Source: Bacteroidota bacterium (GTDB lineage: Bacteria > Bacteroidota > Bacteroidia > AKYH767-A > 2013-40CM-41-45). From it: DNA of 64,000 nucleotides. Location: the NCBI GenBank assembly GCA_031367345.1, contig JANLPR010000118.1, positions 42,708-106,707 of the forward strand, in the 5' to 3' direction. This document shows, piece by piece, positions 49,275 through 57,433 of this stretch. Below the pieces are notes generated by a model. The model saw nothing but the letters and a program-made list of their open reading frames with translations. It was not told the origin of the DNA and ran no database searches. A program made the position numbers and the translations under genes. Each line of letters opens with the position of its first letter. Position 1 is the stretch's first letter.

Positions 49275-51191
49275 CTATCGTATGATCATTTTGTTATTGA
49301 TAAGCGATGAATTATATTGTTGGATAAAAGCTTTCATTTTTTTTTCCATGGAAACAGAATCGGGTTTAATTGAGGAGTGTGTCGAACTTTCATCTTTGAA
49401 CTGGATCAATTCATTGGAATTGTTTCCATCATATATCAATGCTTTATTATCTTGAATTAATTGGTAAGTATCATTTAGGTAATTAATTGCAAAGCCTTGT
49501 ACACTATCATTGAAAACAGATTGGCCAAAAGCAAAATATGGTTTGTCATAATTCAAGTAAGATAGGATGGAAGGTAAGATATCTATTTGTTGCGTTGTCT
49601 TAGTTTGTTTGTATTTGATAGAATCAATAGGCGAAAAGAAAATGAGAGGAATTGAATAGAGTCCTTGTCTGTTCATATAAAACTGCTTTTCGGAAAGAGC
49701 AGTATGATCGGCCGTAATTACAAATAAAGTATTTCTATACCATTTTTGTTTCGAAGCATAACTAAAAAACTTACTGAGTGCATAGTCAGCATATCTAATA
49801 CTTTTATGAATTGGCAAAGAACCGTCTTTAAATATCTTTTTGTATTGCTCAGGTATTGAGTAAGGGTGATGCGAAGAAATTGTAAATATGGTAGCAAAGA
49901 AAGGCTGAGTCGATTTTGAAAGTTCATCAACCGTTCTATGTAAAAATGGTTCATCATAAATTCCCCATGTACCATCAAAATCGTTGTCGTTGTTATATTC
50001 CGTTCTCCCGAAATAATTTTTATAGCCAACAGCTTTAGAAAAATTATCAAAGCCCATCGTTCCATTCGTGCCACCATGAAAAAAATAAGTTTGATAGGCC
50101 TTTTGATCCAGCAGATTCGCGATAGAAGTCATTGAATTTCCGCCATAGCTGGAGGTAATGATAGGTTCATTGGTCAGAGCGGGTAAACCGGAGGTAATAG
50201 CAGGTATACCTTCAATTGATCGTTTACCGTTAGCAAAGGCATCTGTACAATAGTATGATTGCATCATTAAAGAATCCAGAAAAGGAGTGTAGCCGATGTT
50301 ATTGTTTAAAAGACCAGAATATTCTTTACCAAAACTTTCAAGAATAATAAGCACCACGTTCATTGGACGAAAAGCAACTGTTCCAAGTGGGGAATGGATT
50401 ACCGGAGACAATTTGTTTTCTTCTGTTTCAGACATAAAGTGAACTGCTTTAAGTTCACTCTTTCCAAAAGTTTTCAGGAAAGTAAAAGGTGTATTTAAAA
50501 TTAATGGCGATAAGTTTGAGCTTCCATACTTAGAGGCACTGATAATTGTTAGTGGCTTGAACTGAGTTCCACCTCGAAAACCAATTAAGAAAAGACCAAC
50601 GAAAGTAACTAAAAGTAAAAACTTTCCAAGGTATGTCGATTGGATATTGATTTTCTTGAAAACAAGTAATTGACCCTTCTGAGGATAAAGTCGAACTAAT
50701 AAATACAAGATCAAAAACAAAATTAATAGTACATACCAAAAATCCACAATCATTTTTGGGACGGTATTTTGAAAATCGTTGCCGAACGAAAGGATCTTGA
50801 ATACATCTGCGGTGGCTCTTTTAGCAGTAAATCTGAATAGACCGAAATCGATCGTATTCAATAAAAACATGAATGAGTTAATCGAAATAAAAACAAATTT
50901 TGTAAGCTGTTTGATTGGCTTTAGAAAAAATATTTTTTCAGGTAATAAATGCAATAAAATAACCGGTGTATTCGAAATTACAATTGCTGTAATATCATAA
51001 CGCAAACCATAAAAAAAAGCCATCAACAGTTCAGAACCGGAAACAGATTGAAAGAAAGAAAGGTTAAAGATCAGGTACAGTATTCTACAAAAAGAATATC
51101 CGAGCAGGACCCAACCAATCCGTTTTACCAATAGAGAGTAACTGCTAGAATTCTGATTCATAATCTGACGAAAGTACAGTGTAAATGACAA
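49275..51191 (-). CDS. LtaS/MdoB-like polytopic phosphoglycerol transferase (sulfatase/alkaline-phosphatase superfamily)
   Basis: Five N-terminal TM helices followed by an extracytoplasmic sulfatase-fold domain (FFHGGTNGTMGFDNF, ITADHT). Confidence 0.7.
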   Translation of the reverse strand: MSFTLYFRQIMNQNSSSYSLLVKRIGWVLLGYSFCRILYLIFNLSFFQSVSGSELLMAFFYGLRYDITAIVISNTPVILLHLLPEKIFFLKPIKQLTKFVFISINSFMFLLNTIDFGLFRFTAKRATADVFKILSFGNDFQNTVPKMIVDFWYVLLILFLILYLLVRLYPQKGQLLVFKKINIQSTYLGKFLLLVTFVGLFLIGFRGGTQFKPLTIISASKYGSSNLSPLILNTPFTFLKTFGKSELKAVHFMSETEENKLSPVIHSPLGTVAFRPMNVVLIILESFGKEYSGLLNNNIGYTPFLDSLMMQSYYCTDAFANGKRSIEGIPAITSGLPALTNEPIITSSYGGNSMTSIANLLDQKAYQTYFFHGGTNGTMGFDNFSKAVGYKNYFGRTEYNNDNDFDGTWGIYDEPFLHRTVDELSKSTQPFFATIFTISSHHPYSIPEQYKKIFKDGSLPIHKSIRYADYALSKFFSYASKQKWYRNTLFVITADHTALSEKQFYMNRQGLYSIPLIFFSPIDSIKYKQTKTTQQIDILPSILSYLNYDKPYFAFGQSVFNDSVQGFAINYLNDTYQLIQDNKALIYDGNNSNELIQFKDESSTHSSIKPDSVSMEKKMKAFIQQYNSSLINNKMIIR

Positions 51192-51246
51192 TAAAAAAAG
51201 CCATTCTCAAAGAGAGAATGGCTTTAATTAAAAAGATATCTAAAAA

Positions 51247-51948
51247 TTAGTGTTTCGTGTACACTTGTCCAAAAGTGATTGCCTGACTGTTACACATATT
51301 TACATCAGTAAATACTAAACCAAAACCTGTAGCAGTAGAGGCGTAGAATGAACTAGCAAAAGTATGGTTTGCAATATCACAAGCTACCGGAGGATTTTGA
51401 GCAGTACCAATATTCAATGCTGTTTGAGAAGGAATCTCTAAATTACCATTCGCCAAACGAGTAGCATAAATACCTGTATTATTCGCATAGTCGTTGAAAC
51501 GTTTAAAATGTATACGATTGTTAATTGAAAGGTCAACAGTGATTGTATCGGTATAGATATACGGTGTTCCTCCACCTGTTGTATCATTAATTGTATAGAC
51601 ACCTGCAAAAGCTTCTGCATCGTTCTTTACAGTAATAGTACGAGTAGCAGTTCCAACATTACCGGCAGCATCTGTTGAAGTATAAGTAACAGTATAAACA
51701 CCCACTAAGTTTACGTTAGGGTTTGTAGAACTTGCATCAGATGTTACAGTCGTAGAACCATCCGTTGCATCACTTGCAGCAGCACCAGGATCAGACCAAG
51801 CAGCGCTATTTAAAGAAAGTGTGATAGCTGCATCGCCGGTTAGAGTAATAACAGGAGCAGTAGTATCATCTTTCTTGCAACCAGAAGTAAATACGATTGC
51901 CGAAGCAATTGAAACAGTTAGAAATAGAGCAATGGCGTTTTTTTTCAT
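51247..51948 (-). CDS. Lipoprotein with an Ig-like (DUF5011-type) domain. The start was moved to the MKKNAIALF Met
   Basis: Signal peptide plus lipobox (FTSGCKKDD). APVITLTGDAAITL...VYTVTYTSTDAAGNVGTATRTITV is typical of a DUF5011 Ig-like domain. Confidence 0.45.
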   Translation of the reverse strand: MKKNAIALFLTVSIASAIVFTSGCKKDDTTAPVITLTGDAAITLSLNSAAWSDPGAAASDATDGSTTVTSDASSTNPNVNLVGVYTVTYTSTDAAGNVGTATRTITVKNDAEAFAGVYTINDTTGGGTPYIYTDTITVDLSINNRIHFKRFNDYANNTGIYATRLANGNLEIPSQTALNIGTAQNPPVACDIANHTFASSFYASTATGFGLVFTDVNMCNSQAITFGQVYTKH

Positions 51949-52037
51949 TTTTTTGGGGGGTTGAATAATTGTTTTTCGAATTAAAGCACAAAAATACTTT
52001 ATTTGTCTTAATAATAGAAAAGTAATTAAATAAAAAT

Positions 52038-52045
52038 TACTTTTG
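52038..52045 (+). promoter_or_regulatory. TAnnTTTG -7 box (TACTTTTG) for the first mini-lipoprotein gene
   Basis: Exact consensus 28 nt upstream of the ATG at 52074. Confidence 0.4.
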
Positions 52046-52073
52046 CCCGACAAATTAGAAAAACAAAACAAAA

Positions 52074-52406
52074 ATGAAAAAATTTCTTTCTATTATGGCC
52101 ATCGCCGGTTTCGCAACATTAATATCATGTGGACCAAGTGCAGAAGAGAAAGCTGCTGCTGAGAAGACACGTCAGGATTCAGTTCAAGCTGCTATGGACA
52201 AAATTGTTGCAGATTCTACTGCTACAGCACAACAAATGATGCAAGATTCAATTGCTAAAGTTGCGGCTCAAGTAACAGCAGATTCTATTGCAAATGCTGC
52301 TAAACCTAAAGCAAAAGCGGCAGTTAAGCCCGTTTCAAAGCCAAAAACAGCCCCAGAGAAAGTTCAAGAGCAAATTAAGAAAGTTGCCGGAGGCCGAGGA
52401 CATTAA
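52074..52406 (+). CDS. Small Ala/Gln/Asp-rich lipoprotein (paralogue A)
   Basis: MKKFLSIMAIAGFATLISCGPSAEEKAAAEK..., then a low-complexity body with repeated DS[IV]A units and a Lys/Pro-rich tail. Confidence 0.5.
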   Translation: MKKFLSIMAIAGFATLISCGPSAEEKAAAEKTRQDSVQAAMDKIVADSTATAQQMMQDSIAKVAAQVTADSIANAAKPKAKAAVKPVSKPKTAPEKVQEQIKKVAGGRGH

Positions 52407-52489
52407 TCCTTAAACCCTGAAAGTGCACTTATTAACTTTAAATTGTTAATGATTTTTTAATTTATCATTATAATATTTGAAAAATATGT

Positions 52490-52497
52490 TACTTTTG
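52490..52497 (+). promoter_or_regulatory. TAnnTTTG -7 box (TACTTTTG) for the second mini-lipoprotein gene
   Basis: The identical octamer, about 34 nt upstream of the ATG at 52531. Confidence 0.4.
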
Positions 52498-52530
52498 CGC
52501 CCATTAAATAAACAAACCTAAAAAAATAAA

Positions 52531-52755
52531 ATGAAAAAAGTTCTCTCTATCCTTTTAGCTGCTGGTTTCGTAGCTATCGTTGCTTGTGGCCCTAGCGCTG
52601 AAGAAAAAGCTGCTGCTGAAAAAGCAGTTCAAGATTCTATCGCTGCTGCTGAAACAGCTGCTGCTGCAACTCAATCTGCAATGACAGACTCAGCTGCTGC
52701 AATGGCAACTCCTGCAACAGATTCATCAGCAATGATGTCAACTCCGAAGAAGTAA
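52531..52755 (+). CDS. Small Ala-rich lipoprotein (paralogue B)
   Basis: MKKVLSILLAAGFVAIVACGPSAEEKAAAEK..., then an Ala/Ser/Thr/Met-rich body. The first roughly 31 residues are nearly identical to paralogue A. Confidence 0.5.
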   Translation: MKKVLSILLAAGFVAIVACGPSAEEKAAAEKAVQDSIAAAETAAAATQSAMTDSAAAMATPATDSSAMMSTPKK

Positions 52756-52775
52756 TTCTTTGCAAGACAAAAGAA

Positions 52776-52806
52776 AAGAGGCTTTATTAAAGCCTCTTTT
52801 TTTTTG
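52776..52806 (+). terminator. Rho-independent terminator after mini-lipoprotein B
   Basis: A 10-bp stem (aagaggcttt / aaagcctctt) with an atta loop, then a T9 run. Confidence 0.8.
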
Positions 52807-52827
52807 TCTATAGTTTAATAAAAAAAA

Positions 52828-52977
52828 TTAATTATTTATCTCTTTAACCTTTTCAACGGTCCCGCACTTTTCACAACCTGCCGCACTTTTCCCCTTGAAT
52901 TGCATAAAAATTCTTCTTCCCACATATATAAAGGCGGCTAGAAAAATAATACCAACAACAAACATTTGTATGTCCAT
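52828..52977 (-). CDS. 49-aa Cys-rich single-TM peptide (resembles 'FeoB-associated Cys-rich membrane protein'). Not in the supplied ORF track
   Basis: Minus-strand translation MDIQMFVVGIIFLAAFIYVGRRIFMQFKGKSAAGCEKCGTVEKVKEINN*. It has a TM helix plus a GCxxCG motif. Confidence 0.4.
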   Translation of the reverse strand: MDIQMFVVGIIFLAAFIYVGRRIFMQFKGKSAAGCEKCGTVEKVKEINN

Positions 52978-53043
52978 AACACGCTAACTTTATACAAAGA
53001 TAACAACCATTTTTGAATAATTTTACCCTCAGAAAATGATCGT

Positions 53044-55017
53044 ATGAATTTCAATAAAAAGAGCTTGTCCAACGATGAGCTAAAACATATTTATGTAGAG
53101 TTACTTAAACCACGTTTAATTGAGGAGAAAATGCTAGTGCTTCTTCGACAAGGACGAATTTCAAAATGGTTTTCAGGAATTGGACAGGAAGCTATTTCTG
53201 TTGGTTGCGGATTAGCACTTGATAAAGAGGAATACATCCTGCCTATGCATAGAAACCTGGGCGTCTTTACCACCCGTCAAATTCCACTCAACAGATTATT
53301 TTCTCAATGGCAAGGGAAATCGGGAGGCTTTACAAATGGACGTGACCGCTCATTTCACTTTGGGACGCAAGAATACAAGATCATTGGAATGATATCACAC
53401 CTTGGACCGCAATTAGGCGTAGCCGATGGAATAGCGTTAGCAAATCTATTGAAGAAGGAGAAAAAGGTCACCGCAGTTTTTTCTGGCGACGGTGGAAGCA
53501 GTGAAGGTGATTTTCATGAAAGTTTAAACGTAGCTGCAGTTTGGAATCTGCCGGTCATTTTTGTAATCGAGAATAACGGTTACGGTTTATCGACTCCCTC
53601 GAATCAGCAATTTAAGATGAAACAATTCATCGATAAAGGAATCGGCTATGGAATGGAAGCTGTACAAATTGATGGTAATAATATTTTAGAATGCTACCAT
53701 ACATTTTCCGAATTAGCAAAATCAATCAGAGAGAATCCTCGACCAATTCTTCTGGAATGCTTAACTTTTAGAATGCGTGGTCACGAAGAAGCTTCCGGCA
53801 CAAAATACGTTCCTCAAGCCTTATTTGATGAATGGGGAAAGAAGGATCCACTCAATAATTACGAAAATTTTTTACTTAAAGAAAAAATTATAGACGAAGC
53901 ATTTATTGCTTTGACTCGCAGAGATATAAAGCAAGATATCGAAAAGAATTTAGAGGTCACTTTTGCCGAATCAAATCCGGAAGTAATTACTGAAAAGGAA
54001 GTTGCCGACATGTATGATAGTCGTCCTATTCCATCAATTGAAGCGGGAGAAAAGATGACTGAATTGCGCTATTTGGATGCTATTACTGATGCAATGAAAT
54101 TGGCCATGAGAAAGCACGACAATTTGGTAATCATGGGTCAGGATGTTGCAGATTATGGTGGAGTTTTTAAAGCTACAATCGGATTTGTAGAAGAGTTTGG
54201 CTCTGGACGTGTGCGAAATACTCCTTTGTGCGAATCAGCTATTATTGGAGCTGCACAAGGTCTAGCTATTAATGGCATGAAATCAATTGTTGAAATGCAA
54301 TTTGCCGATTTCGTGACTTGTGGCTTTAATCAAATAGTGAACAATTTGGCTAAAACTCATTACCGTTGGGGACAAAATATTGACGTTGTAGTGCGAATGC
54401 CTACTGGTGCAGGTGTAAACGCAGGTCCATTTCATAGCCAATCGAATGAAGCTTGGTTTATTCATACACCTGGACTGAAAGTAGTTTATCCTGCTTTTCC
54501 TGATGATGCAAAAGGTTTACTTATTTCTGCTATCGAGGATCCTAATCCTGTCATGTATTTTGAGCATAAAGCACTGTACAGAAGTATTACAGGCGATGTG
54601 CCTGAAGGTTATTACACAACAGAAATTGGTAAAGCTAAATTGATTCAAGAAGGAAACGATCTCTCAATTATTTCTTATGGCCTGGGTGTACATTGGGCTT
54701 TGGAAGTTTTGAAAGAAGAAAATATTTCAGCCGATCTTTTAGATCTAAGAACATTATTGCCTTGGGACAAAGAAGCCGTAGAGAAAACCGTTCGCAAAAC
54801 AGGGAAAGTAATTATTCTTCACGAAGACACATTAACAGGAGGAATAGGAGGCGAAATTTCGGCTCACATAGCACAACATTGTTTTGAACATCTTGATGCG
54901 CCTGTAGTACGATCTGCAAGTCTCGATACCGCTGTTCCAATGAATCTTGATCTTGAATGGAATTTTCTTCCGAAAAAAAGATTTAAAGAACAACTTAGAG
55001 AACTCCTGAAGTATTAA
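53044..55017 (+). CDS. Fused alpha/beta E1 component of a 2-oxo acid dehydrogenase (TPP-dependent)
   Basis: The N-terminal alpha part has the TPP-binding GDGG..EG.F.E..N motif (SGDGGSSEGDFHESLN). The C-terminal beta part has transketolase-like Pyr and C-terminal domains. Confidence 0.85.
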   Translation: MNFNKKSLSNDELKHIYVELLKPRLIEEKMLVLLRQGRISKWFSGIGQEAISVGCGLALDKEEYILPMHRNLGVFTTRQIPLNRLFSQWQGKSGGFTNGRDRSFHFGTQEYKIIGMISHLGPQLGVADGIALANLLKKEKKVTAVFSGDGGSSEGDFHESLNVAAVWNLPVIFVIENNGYGLSTPSNQQFKMKQFIDKGIGYGMEAVQIDGNNILECYHTFSELAKSIRENPRPILLECLTFRMRGHEEASGTKYVPQALFDEWGKKDPLNNYENFLLKEKIIDEAFIALTRRDIKQDIEKNLEVTFAESNPEVITEKEVADMYDSRPIPSIEAGEKMTELRYLDAITDAMKLAMRKHDNLVIMGQDVADYGGVFKATIGFVEEFGSGRVRNTPLCESAIIGAAQGLAINGMKSIVEMQFADFVTCGFNQIVNNLAKTHYRWGQNIDVVVRMPTGAGVNAGPFHSQSNEAWFIHTPGLKVVYPAFPDDAKGLLISAIEDPNPVMYFEHKALYRSITGDVPEGYYTTEIGKAKLIQEGNDLSIISYGLGVHWALEVLKEENISADLLDLRTLLPWDKEAVEKTVRKTGKVIILHEDTLTGGIGGEISAHIAQHCFEHLDAPVVRSASLDTAVPMNLDLEWNFLPKKRFKEQLRELLKY

Positions 55018-55041
55018 TAAAAAAATAAAATACGCTGAAGT

Positions 55042-57321
55042 TTAGTTGTGACCAGGACGCTTAATCTGCATTTTATTAAGCAGAGAATCGAAGGCTACCT
55101 GATTCTCTCTTAACTTTACAGAATTATAGACACGTACTTTTTCTCTTGTAGTTAAATGCCAACTGAGAGATATGTCTTGTTCCTTAGTTGGAAGTTCAAA
55201 TTTGATAAAGTCAAATTGATTTCCAAACCATCCTTTCGCATATTCATATGCCTCATCTTGATTATAATCTTGAATCGTCAATAAGTTGTTATAAATATTT
55301 CCAAGCGGTGCCGTAAAATTCTGAATAATAGTTTGTCTTGGCTTTGTTTCAATTGGTCTTTCTTTATGTGAGTCTCTTATATCGACAAATATTACGCCGC
55401 TTGTATTTTCTTCAATCCACTTTCTGAAAAAATATAAAAACCTGAGCGATGTTTTTAAACCGGTGTTATCTCTTATTCCTGCGTCCATCATATAAATAGT
55501 TGGATTAGATGGTAAGCTAACAGGAGGAAGGATGTAGGGGAAGGTTGCATTCATTCTGAGTACAGAAGTAAATCGAATGTTCGATCCCCCTTGTTTTTCA
55601 AATAATCGCTGAAACTCTACTTCATCAACCGTGTTGTCGAAATTGAATAATTTGTCGGTTGAATGATTCGTTAAATAACTGATATGTTGTGGTGAAACCA
55701 ATAATCGTCTACCATCATTTACAATAGTTGGCGAAAAGACCATCATCGGTATTAACGATAATCGTTCAGCATCTTTATAAGAGCCCAACGTTTTATTAAA
55801 CACAAAGCCTGTATTCTCGTTGAGTTGTTGTTCAAATGCATACGCTCGATCTTTATTAAATCGAGTGTTGCCTTCTTTAAATTTTTGAATATTAAAAAAC
55901 AGATCGCTAACAGTAATACTAAACGTAATAGGATTTAGAAGATCTTTTCCTATGTTATTTAAGTTCTTATTTGTATTAGATTTAAGATGAGATCCGAGTT
56001 CATTACGGAGTAACAATTCGCGATAATAAGCAGCTCCAATCATTCCTCCTGAGGCACCTGAAATTAATTGAGTGGAAGCAGAGAATTCATTGTTAGTTAA
56101 ACTATCGGCCCATTGCATTATGCGATAAGCCCAAATTGAAGCTCGTAAGCCACCACCCGAACAATTGATGAAGATCATTTTTGGTTTATGATCCATTCCC
56201 TTAAACTTAGATTTCCATTTCTCTAAAATGGCAAGAGTACTATCAGTATCTGCTGTTACAATTTCCGGTTCCGAATTCTTCTTAAAATTTTTAATACTAT
56301 ACTCCGCCAATCCATTATTATATTCTAATCCATAAGCTTTATTATCGCTATAAAAAACTCCATACTGAGAAATAAAATTTACGACCAAAATAATCAGTAT
56401 CAATCCGGAAGTAGACCACGCTTTCAGCCAAAATCTAAATGCACTACTCAGCATGATTAACATAGAAAAAATTAAGATCACCGATGCTCCTGCAGGGATC
56501 TTAAACATAGAGTAGTCTTTAAATAAACCGAGTAAGATAAAAAAAGCAAAAACAATAATTTCTATTATGGCAGCATTCAAATGATTTTGGCGGAAAACAG
56601 ATTCAACCATTTCTCGTGAATAGTGGCCGGTTTCTCTTACTAGTCTTACTTTATACGGGGTACTCAGGTACGTATCAACTCTCCATGCTCTTTCATTGTG
56701 CGCATTAACATGTCTCGAACGCAATTTATTCCTTGTGGCAGTATCCAAGAGATGCGCGGCAAATGGAGCATCAGGATCTTCATCAGATGACTTCATTCCG
56801 AACATTAGTACAACATCTTTATTTGTCCGGAAAAAATAGGTCAATGTTACTAATATCATCACCGACATTCCAATCAGAAAACCCATGACCTGTGCAATAA
56901 TATTCCACACAGATTGGTACTCATTATTAATCTGAAAATAAATCACATTCGCTAGATATGTAATGACAAATAAAGCAGGAACAATAAAATTATTTACAGC
57001 AAACTTTAAGAACGGACGTGAGAGCGTTGCAATAAAAGGAAAACGAAATCCATTAATGATATAACTGGAAATATTATAAACCATAATAAAACTTCCAGTT
57101 GCCAAACCAATCATTAAAAAGGAAGTAAACCCAACCGAACCCATGTACTCCGGGTCGAGAAATAAATAAGGGATACCAAATGTTTTTGAAGTTGTATTTG
57201 TAATCCAACCAAAAAGAATAACCCAGTAAATAAGAAGTATATGATTTTTCTTCAGCAATACAACAAGTAGCTGAATAGGGAAGGAAAAAACAAAACGATG
57301 AAGTACCTTCGTTCTACTCAT
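55042..57321 (-). CDS. Patatin-like phospholipase with a large N-terminal polytopic membrane domain
   Basis: The oxyanion-hole motif is CSGGGLRASIW, and the catalytic GxSxG is SGASGGMIGAAYY, both in the C-terminal half. About 8 TM helices in the first roughly 330 aa. Confidence 0.7.
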   Translation of the reverse strand: MSRTKVLHRFVFSFPIQLLVVLLKKNHILLIYWVILFGWITNTTSKTFGIPYLFLDPEYMGSVGFTSFLMIGLATGSFIMVYNISSYIINGFRFPFIATLSRPFLKFAVNNFIVPALFVITYLANVIYFQINNEYQSVWNIIAQVMGFLIGMSVMILVTLTYFFRTNKDVVLMFGMKSSDEDPDAPFAAHLLDTATRNKLRSRHVNAHNERAWRVDTYLSTPYKVRLVRETGHYSREMVESVFRQNHLNAAIIEIIVFAFFILLGLFKDYSMFKIPAGASVILIFSMLIMLSSAFRFWLKAWSTSGLILIILVVNFISQYGVFYSDNKAYGLEYNNGLAEYSIKNFKKNSEPEIVTADTDSTLAILEKWKSKFKGMDHKPKMIFINCSGGGLRASIWAYRIMQWADSLTNNEFSASTQLISGASGGMIGAAYYRELLLRNELGSHLKSNTNKNLNNIGKDLLNPITFSITVSDLFFNIQKFKEGNTRFNKDRAYAFEQQLNENTGFVFNKTLGSYKDAERLSLIPMMVFSPTIVNDGRRLLVSPQHISYLTNHSTDKLFNFDNTVDEVEFQRLFEKQGGSNIRFTSVLRMNATFPYILPPVSLPSNPTIYMMDAGIRDNTGLKTSLRFLYFFRKWIEENTSGVIFVDIRDSHKERPIETKPRQTIIQNFTAPLGNIYNNLLTIQDYNQDEAYEYAKGWFGNQFDFIKFELPTKEQDISLSWHLTTREKVRVYNSVKLRENQVAFDSLLNKMQIKRPGHN

Positions 57322-57433
57322 TGATTGAATCGTTCATAAAAATGTGTTAGGATACCTAATATACGTATCAAACGGTCGATAGTTTTGGTAAATCTGCGAT
57401 TACAACTTACAATTTGTCCATGTACCGAAGTGT

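Noticed and set aside
52074-52755. Reading the Ala-rich mini-lipoproteins as type-I antifreeze-like proteins because of the nearby cold-shock genes
   Set aside because: They lack the regular 11-residue Thr periodicity of type I AFPs. The idea is purely speculative, so I kept them as unknown-function lipoproteins.
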